From Ignicoccus islandicus DSM 13165 (lineage in GTDB: Archaea > Thermoproteota > Thermoprotei_A > Sulfolobales > Ignicoccaceae): a DNA stretch of 32,000 nt. Of this stretch, positions 1-8,955 are shown one piece after another. Position numbers and translations under genes: made by a program. Each line of letters starts with the position of its first letter. Positions within the stretch are counted from its first letter, which is position 1. The stretch is taken from contig NZ_CP006867.1 of NCBI RefSeq assembly GCF_001481685.1, positions 840,001-872,000 of the forward strand. The letters run 5' to 3'. The notes under the pieces were generated by a model. It had not been told where the DNA came from, did not search any database, and saw nothing but the letters and a program-made list of their open reading frames with translations.

Positions 1-497
1 GACTCGGTAGCGACATCGAGCAAATGATGTACTTAAGCGGTAAGTTCTTCAGCGAATGGATGTTTGACATGAAGGCAGGGACCATAGGGCCTCTGCTAGT
101 AGTCTTCATCCTTGCTCTACTATGGAGAGGATACGGTATTCACTTAGAGCTCGTTCACGAGCACGGAAAGAGCGAAGCGTCGATACTCGGTATGGAGCTG
201 TTCGATAACTTCCTGCTAGTAATCAGTAACACAGTGTCTTACCTCAGGATTATGGCGCTCGCACTGGCGCACTGGGGTCTAGTCTTCGCCTTCCAAGTAA
301 TCGGTGAGATAGGAGGTCCAGTGCTCCTAGCAATACTATACGTGCTCGCTAACATACTAGTAATAATGTTAGAAGGCCTGATAAGCTTCATCCACGACAT
401 AAGGCTTCACTTCTACGAATGGTTCACTAAGTTCTATAATGACAGAGGGAGGATGTTCGAACCAGTTAAACAAGTAGCTAGAGTAAGAATAGAGTAA
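1..497 (+). CDS. atpI: A/V-type ATP synthase subunit I, C-terminal fragment. The ORF is open to the window start (codon phase begins at nt 3).
   Basis: Hydrophobic C-terminus with SYLRIMALALAHWGL and LEGLISFIHDIRLHFYEWFTKFY, typical of the subunit I/a proton-channel helices. There is no stop between nt 3 and the listed ATG at 24. Confidence 0.85.
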   Translation, partial: LGSDIEQMMYLSGKFFSEWMFDMKAGTIGPLLVVFILALLWRGYGIHLELVHEHGKSEASILGMELFDNFLLVISNTVSYLRIMALALAHWGLVFAFQVIGEIGGPVLLAILYVLANILVIMLEGLISFIHDIRLHFYEWFTKFYNDRGRMFEPVKQVARVRIE

Positions 498-504
498 TTT
501 TTTT
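498..504 (+). terminator. T7 tract immediately after the atpI stop codon (archaeal oligo-T terminator candidate)
   Basis: TAA at 495-497 is followed by TTTTTTT. Confidence 0.35.
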
Positions 505-541
505 CCACACATTTAACTATACTGCTTTATGTAACAAATAC

Positions 542-550
542 AAATATATA
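542..550 (+). promoter_or_regulatory. TATA-box candidate for the 2-oxoacid:ferredoxin oxidoreductase operon
   Basis: AAATATATA lies about 37-45 nt upstream of the TTG start at 587. Confidence 0.35.
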
Positions 551-586
551 CTCGATATTCTCCCTCATTTCGCTGGGTTTAGTAGG

Positions 587-1720
587 TTGGTAATCAAGCC
601 TGGGAAATACTTCGAAAGCGGTGCTTGGGCGGCCGCAATGGGCGCCTTAGTAGCGGGCGCCAACTTCTTTGCTTACTATCCAATAGAACCGGCGACTGAC
701 ATTGCGGAGGAAATGGTCAAGCTCGGACCAAGGAACGGTATGGTTATCTTTGAAGCGGAGGACGAAATTTCGGCCTTAGGTGCTGCGATAGGCGCTTCTT
801 GGGCTGGAGCGAAGGCTTTCACCTCAACCAGCGGACCCGGTTTCAGTTTGATGCAAGAGCACATTTCCTATGCTGCAATGACCGAGACTCCAGTTGTTCT
901 AATTAATGGAATGAGAGAGGGCCCTAGCACTGGTCAAGCGACTAAAGCTGCACAGCAAGACGTCATGCAGGCTAAGTGGGGAGGACACGGAGACTACGAG
1001 GTAATCGTTTACGCTCCTTACAACGTCCAAGAGATGTTCGATTTCACGATAAAGGCCTTCAACCAAGCGGAAAGGTGGAGAGTACCTGCAATGGTAATGG
1101 CGGACAAGATGACAGTTCTCCTTATGGAAGAAATTACCATACCGAGGGAGGTCGAAATAGTTAATAGAAAGAGGCCTAAGGTCCCTCCGGAACAGTTCGA
1201 ACCCTTTAGACCGGAAGAGGACCTCGTCCCGCCAATGCCCGTCTTTGGCGAAGGCTATAGAGTTCACGTAACTGGCGTCACCCATAACGAAAAGGGCCTT
1301 CCAGTAAGCGACGATCCTTGGGTTCACCACGAACTAGTTAAGAGGCTCTGCGATAAGATAAGGAAGAACAGGGATCAGATAGTTGAATACGAACTAGTAG
1401 GTTCGAACGTACCCGAAGTACTCATAGTAGCCTATGGATTCCCCGCTAGGGCCGCTAAGGAAGCGGTGAACATCCTCCTAGATAGAGGAATACCTGCTGC
1501 CCTATTCAGACCTAAGACGCTATGGCCGTTCCCAGACAAGGAGTTAAAGTCGGTAGCCAGCAAGGCGAGGAAGGTAATAGTTGTAGAATGGAACTACGGG
1601 CAAATGTTAAACGAAGTTTTGAAGGTTGTACCTGAAGAGAAGGTAAGTTTCGTTTATAGGATTGGTGAAATACCCATACCTCCTCAAGATATCCTTCGCG
1701 AAGGAGGTGTTTACATATGA
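587..1720 (+). CDS. korA: 2-oxoacid (2-oxoglutarate/pyruvate):ferredoxin oxidoreductase, alpha subunit
   Basis: 377 aa with a TTG start. N-terminal GxxAxAxGAxxAG and YPITP-like (YPIEPAT) motifs, SGPGFSLMQE. It is the first of four translationally coupled subunit genes. Confidence 0.9.
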   Translation: MVIKPGKYFESGAWAAAMGALVAGANFFAYYPIEPATDIAEEMVKLGPRNGMVIFEAEDEISALGAAIGASWAGAKAFTSTSGPGFSLMQEHISYAAMTETPVVLINGMREGPSTGQATKAAQQDVMQAKWGGHGDYEVIVYAPYNVQEMFDFTIKAFNQAERWRVPAMVMADKMTVLLMEEITIPREVEIVNRKRPKVPPEQFEPFRPEEDLVPPMPVFGEGYRVHVTGVTHNEKGLPVSDDPWVHHELVKRLCDKIRKNRDQIVEYELVGSNVPEVLIVAYGFPARAAKEAVNILLDRGIPAALFRPKTLWPFPDKELKSVASKARKVIVVEWNYGQMLNEVLKVVPEEKVSFVYRIGEIPIPPQDILREGGVYI

Positions 1721-2577
1721 GCCTTGAAGAAGCTAGGAGGAAGTTAACTCAAATGCCCCAAATGGAGCTCGCCAGGGCAGAGGCCTTACCTCACACCCTC
1801 TGTCCCGGGTGTGGAATAGGGACTATATTGAACACGTTCATTAGAGCCATGGACGAACTAGCGAAAGAGGGTAAACTAGATCCAAACAAGCTAGTCGTAG
1901 TATCCGGAATAGGGTGCTCTGGCAGAATAAGTGGCTTCATTAAGGCGGATTCAATGCACACCACCCATGGAAGGCCAATTGCTTTCGCAACCGGTATCAA
2001 GCTACAGAACCCCGAACTCAACGTATGGGTATTCGGAGGCGACGCTGATCTATTCCAAATAGGACTCAATCATACCTTACAAGCTGCTAGGAGGAACATT
2101 GACTTGAAGGTAGTAATGGTTAACAACTTCAACATAGCTATGACTGGAGGCGTGCCTACAGTAACTACTCCCCCCAAGGCTAGAACGAAGTACAGTCCCA
2201 GGGGATGGTTCGAGAGATCCTTCAACGTACCAAAGTTAATGGCGGCAGCGGGAGCGACTTACATTGCTAGATGGACTACTGCCCACGTCTTTCAGCTCAA
2301 GAACGCCTTCAAGAAAATGGCTCTTAGGAAGGGCTTTAGCTTCCTAGAAGTGGTCTCACAGTGCCCTGTATTGTTCGGAAGATATAATGAGTTCAGAGAT
2401 CCTTGGACTATGTTAGAGTACTTCATGAAGAATAGCAAGATAGTTAAAGGCGAAGAGTTCCTAGAGGAAGCATCGATAGAGCTAGGTAAGCCGATTTTAG
2501 TAGGTGAGTTCTTGGAGAGGGAGGCTCCCGAGTACACTGAGTTACTATATGCGGGTGAGGGGGTGGTAAGGAAATGA
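1717..2577 (+). CDS. korB: 2-oxoacid:ferredoxin oxidoreductase, beta (TPP-binding) subunit
   Basis: 286 aa. CPGCG near the N-terminus and a GIGCSGR...GGDAD TPP-binding pattern. ATGA overlap with the alpha gene. Confidence 0.9.
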   Translation: MSLEEARRKLTQMPQMELARAEALPHTLCPGCGIGTILNTFIRAMDELAKEGKLDPNKLVVVSGIGCSGRISGFIKADSMHTTHGRPIAFATGIKLQNPELNVWVFGGDADLFQIGLNHTLQAARRNIDLKVVMVNNFNIAMTGGVPTVTTPPKARTKYSPRGWFERSFNVPKLMAAAGATYIARWTTAHVFQLKNAFKKMALRKGFSFLEVVSQCPVLFGRYNEFRDPWTMLEYFMKNSKIVKGEEFLEEASIELGKPILVGEFLEREAPEYTELLYAGEGVVRK

Positions 2578-3104
2578 CGGTAGTTGATGTTAGAATTACT
2601 GGAATAGGCGGTCAAGGTATATTAACAATGGCGAAAATACTAGGATCTGCCCTAGTTAGAGAAGGAAAGTACGCTACCTTAATACAGAACTTCGACACTT
2701 TCATTTCCGGCGGCGAAAGCACGGCCGACATGAGAATCAGCGACTATCCCATAGAATATCCAGTCTTCGAGAAGGCCGACATAACTGTATTCATGGCCAA
2801 GAAGACCTACCCCAGATACATTAGGAAGGTCAAGGACGGTGGAATAGTAGTATTGAACTCAGACGTTATCGACGAGGAACCCATAGGGAACTTCCAAGTA
2901 GTAAAAGTCCCAGCGTCTAGCATTGCTAGGCGTCTCGGAAACGTCAGGGCCTCAAACATGGTTATGTTGGGGGCATTGGTCTCGAAGCTATCTCTCGTTA
3001 ATCCCGAAATAGTAAAAGAATTAATTAAAGAGAAGTTCGGTCAGAAAGCTGAGCTTAATTTAAAGGCCTTTGAAGAAGGAATGAAAATAGGGAGGATGAT
3101 ATAA
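2574..3104 (+). CDS. korG: 2-oxoacid:ferredoxin oxidoreductase, gamma subunit
   Basis: 176 aa. N-terminal GIGGQGILT motif typical of the gamma subunit. 4-nt overlap with the beta gene. Confidence 0.85.
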   Translation: MTVVDVRITGIGGQGILTMAKILGSALVREGKYATLIQNFDTFISGGESTADMRISDYPIEYPVFEKADITVFMAKKTYPRYIRKVKDGGIVVLNSDVIDEEPIGNFQVVKVPASSIARRLGNVRASNMVMLGALVSKLSLVNPEIVKELIKEKFGQKAELNLKAFEEGMKIGRMI

Positions 3105-3353
3105 ATGGTGAAGTGGAGGATTGAAATCATAGAGGATTTCTGCAAAGGTTGCGAAATATGCGTCAACATATGTCCCGTGACCAACCTATACAAGAGCGGC
3201 AAAGTGGACAAACCAGTACTGCGAATGAGCGATAGGTTCGGATATCAAGGATACCCAGTAGTAGAAGTCGTGGACCCTACGAAGTGCACTGGATGCCACC
3301 TTTGCGATTACTCGTGTCCAGACCTAGCTATTCACGTAATAAAAGAAGAGTAA
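3105..3353 (+). CDS. korD: 2-oxoacid:ferredoxin oxidoreductase, delta subunit (2x[4Fe-4S] ferredoxin-like)
   Basis: 82 aa with two CxxCxxCxxxCP motifs (CKGCEICVNICP, CTGCHLCDYSCP). It starts directly after the gamma stop codon. Confidence 0.85.
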   Translation: MVKWRIEIIEDFCKGCEICVNICPVTNLYKSGKVDKPVLRMSDRFGYQGYPVVEVVDPTKCTGCHLCDYSCPDLAIHVIKEE

Positions 3354-3390
3354 AACCTTATTTGTTTTCACTTTCCCCTCACCAGGGAGT

Positions 3391-3957
3391 TTGGAGATGG
3401 ATGTTTGGAAGGCATTAGAAAATGCCAACGCATCCGTTCAAAGGAAAATAAATAGGTTAGAGAGAGCGAGGGACAACGTTCCGCTCGAAGGCGCCAGAGG
3501 TATAGCTGTTGCCAACATCTTAACTAATATGATTTCAATTCTCGAAGAAGTTAACAAGTTGATCGCGTGTTTCCAGAACTTGAAGGACACTTCCGTTGTT
3601 AAGGGCAATAAAGTTAAACTAGTAAACAACACTTACTGGAAGTTCTATACTGATGGCGATAAATTGATTGTAACTAGACACGACCCCTCAATAACCGTAG
3701 TGATAGGCGACGAGAACGTTAGGATTTCTCTCAAAAGCAAAGACGAGAAGGGCGCGAGCGCAGTTTTCAGCGACGGTAGCTTCTCGATTAGGAAAGATAA
3801 GTTGACTATCGAAGGCAACTATACTAATTACGAATACCTACTAGAGAAGGACTATTACATTAACTACGCCTTGAGACCGATAAGTAAGGCAATTAAGAGG
3901 AGAGTGCCGCACGTACTAACTCAGTTGAAGATGTTAGGAATTCAATGTCCAAGCTGA
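3391..3957 (+). CDS. Hypothetical protein. N-terminal helical region followed by a beta-rich region.
   Basis: 188-aa ORF with no motif I recognise. The listed TTG at 3391 may be replaced by the ATG at 3397. The 3' end overlaps the convergent nuclease gene by 16 nt. Confidence 0.45.
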   Translation: MEMDVWKALENANASVQRKINRLERARDNVPLEGARGIAVANILTNMISILEEVNKLIACFQNLKDTSVVKGNKVKLVNNTYWKFYTDGDKLIVTRHDPSITVVIGDENVRISLKSKDEKGASAVFSDGSFSIRKDKLTIEGNYTNYEYLLEKDYYINYALRPISKAIKRRVPHVLTQLKMLGIQCPS

Positions 3958-4526
3958 ACGTAATCGTAATCGTAAATTACTTCGTCCATCTTTTGAACGA
4001 AATCCCTTATGTATCTTATAGGAACTATAATGGAATCGGAAATCAATGGTCGCCCCTTCAATGTAACCACTATCGGTATCCCTATCTTCCCGTACTTCCT
4101 CAAGTAATCCGAAGCCTCAATTACCTTCAGCCTGTGCTCCCTGGCAACTTTCTTTATCGCTTGAATAGAGCCCTTGTTCCATGCCTTACATTCAATAACG
4201 AATACCTTCCTCCCATCGTACGCTATTACGTCAAATTCCATTAATCTCTCTAAGGTTCTAAATCGAACAGAGTGTCGAGTTTGGAAACCGGCCTCACTAA
4301 ATATCTTCATAACGTACCTCTCGAAGGAGCGCCAACTTAAGTACCTAGCTACCTCGCCTTCGCTCAAGTAACCCCATATAACCGCCCATAGAGCTAGGTC
4401 CTCCTTCGAATCTACACAGACCTCGTTTCCTTTAGTGTAAATGAATTCGGAGAGAAGGAGTTCCGGGCGTTTCGCTTTCACGCAACCGTTCTTCAGTAGA
4501 TTTACTATAAGGTCCCTTACATCCAC
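3942..4526 (-). CDS. PD-(D/E)xK superfamily nuclease-like protein (Mrr/restriction-endonuclease-like catalytic fold)
   Basis: 194 aa. FERYVMKIFSEAGF ... EFDVIAYDGRKVFVIECKAW matches the D...(E/Q)xK core arrangement of Mrr_cat/Hjc-like nucleases. Confidence 0.55.
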   Translation of the reverse strand: MDVRDLIVNLLKNGCVKAKRPELLLSEFIYTKGNEVCVDSKEDLALWAVIWGYLSEGEVARYLSWRSFERYVMKIFSEAGFQTRHSVRFRTLERLMEFDVIAYDGRKVFVIECKAWNKGSIQAIKKVAREHRLKVIEASDYLRKYGKIGIPIVVTLKGRPLISDSIIVPIRYIRDFVQKMDEVIYDYDYVQLGH

Positions 4527-4672
4527 TGCGCTCCACCGAAGTTCCCTTCCCCAGTTCCTTCAAGATCTTTACTAGACTCGCCTAGAGACAGCAATCTTCG
4601 TAAGAGATCTTAATCTTACCGAATCAGTATTAACCAAAGTCAAGCACAGTACTGCGGGCGTGGGCAAGAGTA

Positions 4673-5845
4673 ATGACGATTGAGGATCGAGTAAGGAACA
4701 TTATTAGTTACGCGCTCTTCGGGGCAACTCTGATCCTTTCAACATACAATTTATACTATTCATTACCTCTATGGGTTCTATTAGTAATTTACGGTTTCAA
4801 AACTAATAGGAGCTTGACTACCTTTCTTCTAACTAGAGTAATAGATGCCCTAATAGTCCTTCTAGCGGTCCTCGTGATTACAGTAGCAATGTTCAGTGGA
4901 ACAATCGCCGAAATAAAGAAGGAAATGATAATTGATAACATAAAGAGAAGTGTAATGTCGAACCCGCAACTCGTCCAGAAATTAGGGGAGCACGTAAAGG
5001 AATACATCCAAGAGACTGCTGAGAAGATAATAAAGGCTCAAGGACTGGATAGGCCGTGGTACGAGAACCTCCCGGCCTACCTTTCCGGCGTAGTGACCCT
5101 CGATTTGAAGAGTCAGATACTCACCTCCAATAGCGGTTCCAGGGTAGTTAGGGACATAATTATGGAGAGGTTGCCGAAAACAGTCTTACTCTTCACAACT
5201 TCAACAATAGTAACGATCGTAATAGGCATAGTGGTTGGCATGATTGCAGCCAAGAAGAGGGGAAGCTTGCTAGATAAGCTCGTAACGGTGTTTGCCATGA
5301 TTACCGCGAGCTTCCCGATGTGGTGGGTTGGTATGATAATGATCCAAGTGTTCGCTTACGCCTTAAACGTCTTTCCTTCGGGAGGAATGCACACCATACC
5401 GCCGCCTAGCGGAATAGATTACTACTTAGACCTCCTATGGCACATGGCCCTTCCCCTCATGACTATAGTGCTCGTCTCGTTCGGCGGTTGGGCATACGTT
5501 ACTAGGAACATACTCTTGGGAACCTTAAAAGAGGACTTCGTGCTAGCAGCTAAGGCACGTGGATTGTTAGAAAGAACGGTACTGATTAGGCACGTTTTGA
5601 GACCCTCCCTACCACCGATTGTAACTATAATGGCCCTCAGCTTACTAGCCTCCCTTACTGGCGCGATAATCACTGAAATAGTCTTCAATTGGCCCGGAAT
5701 GGGAATGCTATTCTGGGAGGCAATAGAAACCCTTGACGTTCCCGTAATACTCGGGTTAACCTACGTTTCTACATTGCTTTTCGTCGTAACGATGTTGATC
5801 TTGGACATCGTTTACGCTATACTCGATCCTAGGGTAAGGAGGTGA
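4673..5845 (+). CDS. ABC transporter permease, Opp/Dpp (peptide/nickel) family, DppB-like
   Basis: 390 aa, multi-TM. C-terminal ILDPRVR signature and an EAA-loop-like region (DFVLAAKARGL). Confidence 0.9.
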   Translation: MTIEDRVRNIISYALFGATLILSTYNLYYSLPLWVLLVIYGFKTNRSLTTFLLTRVIDALIVLLAVLVITVAMFSGTIAEIKKEMIIDNIKRSVMSNPQLVQKLGEHVKEYIQETAEKIIKAQGLDRPWYENLPAYLSGVVTLDLKSQILTSNSGSRVVRDIIMERLPKTVLLFTTSTIVTIVIGIVVGMIAAKKRGSLLDKLVTVFAMITASFPMWWVGMIMIQVFAYALNVFPSGGMHTIPPPSGIDYYLDLLWHMALPLMTIVLVSFGGWAYVTRNILLGTLKEDFVLAAKARGLLERTVLIRHVLRPSLPPIVTIMALSLLASLTGAIITEIVFNWPGMGMLFWEAIETLDVPVILGLTYVSTLLFVVTMLILDIVYAILDPRVRR

Positions 5846-7185
5846 GTGGTACTTTGATTCGAGAAGTTCTGTCCCAACGAGCTGGTCTGCTTGGAGTAGT
5901 GCTCCTCTTGATCTTGGTTACCGCGTCAGTAATTACACCCACTATTTACGGAGAGTACTACTCTTTATGGAAGGACACGGACTATTGGGCGATATATCCC
6001 AAGGCAGTCCCCCCATCGTGGATCAACTACTTCTCTTCACAGAAATTACCCGAAACGGAGGTAATAGGACCTAGTAACGTAACTTCGAGTAAGGTATACG
6101 GGGTAGCGAAGAAGGTAACTTTAGTATTCTCAATTGACTATCATTACGACGTTCCCCCGCAAGACCTCCTCCTAAAGCTCAATTCGAGCTACCAATCACC
6201 TCCCGCTGTAGTCTTGATCGTTAAAAGGCCCGATGGCACTGCTATTAAATTACTTCAAACTTCCGCGTCCCAGCTCCAAGAGATAATCTCTATAAATACA
6301 CTCGATCTCGTCAAGAACAGCTTGTACTCGTGGCTCCTCGAGAAAGGCGCTAACGTTACGTCTCCTAGCGCAATAATTCCTTCTGAGGTCATATTCAAGG
6401 AACTGGATGGAAATAGGGTCCTGAAAGGTAAGTATGAATTCGTCATTGAAGCAATTGGAATCGGGAACTTTACTTTAGATTGCGAAATGATACTTGAAGG
6501 CAAGGTTTACGGTCTACTTGGAACCGATGTGTTCGGCAGGGACCTTTTCATTTACTTAGCGCTGGGACTGCCATATGGAATGCTAGTAGGCATCCTTTCC
6601 AGCTTAATAGCGTCTCTAATAGGAACAATTTACGGACTCGTAAGCGGATACTTCGGTGGAATTACTGACAAGGTTATGCAAAGAGTACTGGAAACTTGGT
6701 ACTCCATACCCGCGTTACCGCTACTTATAATGGCTGCAATAGTGTTCAAACCTTCGATATGGTTAATCATAGTATTCATTTCGATATTCGCGTGGATGGG
6801 AGTAGCTAAGGTAATTAGATCAATGACTCTCCAAGTGAAGAACAGCACCTTCGTAATTGCTGCCAGAGCATCTGGTGCTACTAATAAATGGATAATGTTC
6901 AAGCACATACTACCCCAACTACTCCCCTACACCATGGCTCAAGTCGCGCTAGGAGTTCCGGGAGCTATAATAACTGAGCTCTCTCTAGACTTCCTAGGCT
7001 TAGGTGACCCTAACGTACCTACTTGGGGTTGGATTCTCCATGATGCGAACGTTTACGGAGCGGCCGTTAATGGATACTGGTGGTGGATCGCGCCCCCAGG
7101 TCTAATGGCGGCCATACTCGGCCTAACTTTCGCCCTCATAGGATATGCCATGGACGTGGTACTCAATCCCAGGTTAAGGGAGTGA
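5842..7185 (+). CDS. ABC transporter permease, Opp/Dpp family, DppC-like, with a large extracytoplasmic insert after TM1
   Basis: 447 aa. LGTDVFGRDLF motif, EAA-loop-like FVIAARASGA, C-terminal LNPRLR. GGAGGTGA at 5838-5845 suggests the true start may be the TTG at 5854 rather than the GTG at 5842. Confidence 0.9.
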   Translation: MSGTLIREVLSQRAGLLGVVLLLILVTASVITPTIYGEYYSLWKDTDYWAIYPKAVPPSWINYFSSQKLPETEVIGPSNVTSSKVYGVAKKVTLVFSIDYHYDVPPQDLLLKLNSSYQSPPAVVLIVKRPDGTAIKLLQTSASQLQEIISINTLDLVKNSLYSWLLEKGANVTSPSAIIPSEVIFKELDGNRVLKGKYEFVIEAIGIGNFTLDCEMILEGKVYGLLGTDVFGRDLFIYLALGLPYGMLVGILSSLIASLIGTIYGLVSGYFGGITDKVMQRVLETWYSIPALPLLIMAAIVFKPSIWLIIVFISIFAWMGVAKVIRSMTLQVKNSTFVIAARASGATNKWIMFKHILPQLLPYTMAQVALGVPGAIITELSLDFLGLGDPNVPTWGWILHDANVYGAAVNGYWWWIAPPGLMAAILGLTFALIGYAMDVVLNPRLRE

Positions 7186-7201
7186 TTGGAGGTGAGAGAG
7201 C

Positions 7202-8143
7202 GTGATAGAGGTAAACGATCTCAAAGTATACTATTATAGCTATAGAGGGGTCGTTAAGGCAGTAGACGGGGTGTCCTTCCAATTAAGAGAAGGAAGGAGC
7301 TTAGGCATTGCGGGAGAAAGCGGCTGTGGGAAATCCACCACTGCCATGGCATTAATGAGGCTAATAGAGCCCCCTGGCAAGATAGTTAACGGTAGCATTA
7401 AGATAGACGACGCGGACATACTGCAATTAGACGAGAAGACTCTTAGGAAGGAAATCAGGTGGAAGAAAATAAGTATGGTATTCCAGGGAGCCATGAACTC
7501 CTTAACGCCAGTATATACTGTCTTCCAACACTTCGTCGAAACTGCCAAAGCACACGGCTATCAAGCCGGAAAGGAGGAGTTACGCGAAAAAGCAATAGAA
7601 CTTCTCAAGAAGGTCGGTCTAAAAGAGGACGTTCTATATAGGTATCCTCACGAACTTTCGGGAGGACAGAAGCAAAGGGTAGTAATTGCATTAGCGTTAC
7701 TTCTGAACCCTAAGTACTTGATTGCAGACGAACCTACTACTGCATTGGACGTAGTGGTTCAAGCCCAAATACTAAACGAACTGAAGAAGCTTCAAGAGAG
7801 CGGTATAAGCGTCATACTGATCACGCACGACCTCGGAGTCCTAAGCGAACTCAGTGACGACGTAATGGTGATGTACGCTGGTAAAGTAGTTGAGTACGGT
7901 CCCATAGAAAAGGTCCTAGGTAACCCGTTACACCCCTATACTAAACTTCTATTAGACGCAACTCCCAAGCTCCGCGGAGGGGAACTGAAATGGATACCGG
8001 GAAGTCCTCCAAACTTGATCGATCCCCCTCGAGGATGTAGGTTCGGACCGAGGTGTCCGTACCGCTTCGATAAGTGCGATACAGAGCCCGAGCTGATAGA
8101 AGTCGAACACAACCACTGGGTGGCGTGCCACCTTTACCGATGA
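7202..8143 (+). CDS. ABC transporter ATP-binding protein, OppD/DppD-like, with a C-terminal Cys-rich oligopeptide-transporter domain
   Basis: 313 aa. Walker A GESGCGKST, signature LSGGQKQR, Walker B LIADEPTTALD, C-terminal CRFGPRCPYRFDKC. GGAGGTGA lies 8 nt upstream of the GTG start. Confidence 0.92.
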   Translation: MIEVNDLKVYYYSYRGVVKAVDGVSFQLREGRSLGIAGESGCGKSTTAMALMRLIEPPGKIVNGSIKIDDADILQLDEKTLRKEIRWKKISMVFQGAMNSLTPVYTVFQHFVETAKAHGYQAGKEELREKAIELLKKVGLKEDVLYRYPHELSGGQKQRVVIALALLLNPKYLIADEPTTALDVVVQAQILNELKKLQESGISVILITHDLGVLSELSDDVMVMYAGKVVEYGPIEKVLGNPLHPYTKLLLDATPKLRGGELKWIPGSPPNLIDPPRGCRFGPRCPYRFDKCDTEPELIEVEHNHWVACHLYR

Positions 8144-8177
8144 GGTTCTGGTCCGGGTCCCGATTCGTGAGGAAAGT

Positions 8178-8909
8178 CTATGGCCCCCCTATCCGAGGGT
8201 ATTTCCCCAACCATCTAACTAGATTAAGGAATACCGCGTTCTTCACGTCCTCCTCACTTACGCCCTTATCGGAAGATATTATTCCGATTAGTTTCCTCAC
8301 CCGACTCGGTCTCAAAACCACTCCCCTGTAATTGTAGGGTCCGTCGCTCTCAGTCAAGATTGCTTTCAAAGGCGTAGCTTGAAGGACCTTCAAGTGCTTT
8401 CTCTGAATATCAATAGCGGCGTTTATTCCTATGAAGTATCCTTGACCAACTATTTCCTCTAGCAAGTCTAAGGGGCCGTTGTACCAATGAAAGTAAGCCC
8501 TCTTAATATCGTACTTAATTAAGAGATCGAATACTTCCCTCCATGCGTCTAGGGCGTGCAAATTGAGCGGTACGTCGTATTCCCTCGACATTCTCAAGAA
8601 CGCTTCGAAGAACCTCCTCGCTTTTTCCTTGTTTCGCACGTACCTGTTATCTAACCCCACTTCCCCTAAGCAATCAGCATTTTCGATTAGGGACTCTATT
8701 TCAATTAGGTCCTTCTCCGAAGCCTCTTCTACGCTCCACGGATGGACCCCTATGCACTTAATAGCATTCATTTCCAAGGTCTTCTTCGAAGATTCCAGAT
8801 CATCGGATACAGCCACTATGACGTCTACTTCATTAGACATAGATGGGTCCTCGTGTAAGTGGACGTGAGCGTCTACCAGCGGCGCCCCAGCTCCCTTCCA
8901 GTTCAACAT
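8178..8909 (-). CDS. tatD: TatD-family metal-dependent hydrolase/DNase
   Basis: 243 aa. N-terminal VDAHVHL metal-binding motif, internal HALDAW and HWYNG histidines typical of TatD/amidohydrolase-fold proteins. Confidence 0.8.
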   Translation of the reverse strand: MLNWKGAGAPLVDAHVHLHEDPSMSNEVDVIVAVSDDLESSKKTLEMNAIKCIGVHPWSVEEASEKDLIEIESLIENADCLGEVGLDNRYVRNKEKARRFFEAFLRMSREYDVPLNLHALDAWREVFDLLIKYDIKRAYFHWYNGPLDLLEEIVGQGYFIGINAAIDIQRKHLKVLQATPLKAILTESDGPYNYRGVVLRPSRVRKLIGIISSDKGVSEEDVKNAVFLNLVRWLGKYPRIGGP

Positions 8910-8955
8910 TTAGCTCAAGCCCCGATTAACTCGGAAGGGAGGTATTTTCACTCGA

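Noticed and set aside
899-1330. 143-aa minus-strand ORF inside korA. The same applies to similar long antisense ORFs at 2292-2615, 11257-11622, 11674-12033, 17243-17590, 20849-21160, 25001-25360, 26982-27350 and 29671-30003.
   Set aside because: Each lies entirely antisense to a gene with strong homology-type motifs. Their compositions are Ser/Leu/Arg/Pro-rich and low in complexity, as expected of shadow frames, and none has a recognisable motif or independent start signals.
3270-3320. CTGCH in the korD product, which looks like a c-type heme attachment site (CxxCH)
   Set aside because: It is part of a canonical CxxCxxCxxxCP [4Fe-4S] ferredoxin motif in a cytoplasmic subunit, so it is not evidence for a cytochrome c substrate of the CcmF-like protein.
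3391-4526. Suspected horizontally acquired islet, based on lower GC
   Set aside because: Spot counts of 60-nt windows gave 35-57 percent GC, overlapping the range of flanking core genes. Counting by hand shows no consistent compositional shift. It needs a proper sliding-window and codon-usage analysis.
8074-8331. 85-aa plus-strand ORF bridging the dppD-like 3' end and the tatD 3' end
   Set aside because: It overlaps two well-supported genes in alternative frames and has an Arg/Pro/Ser-rich shadow-frame composition.
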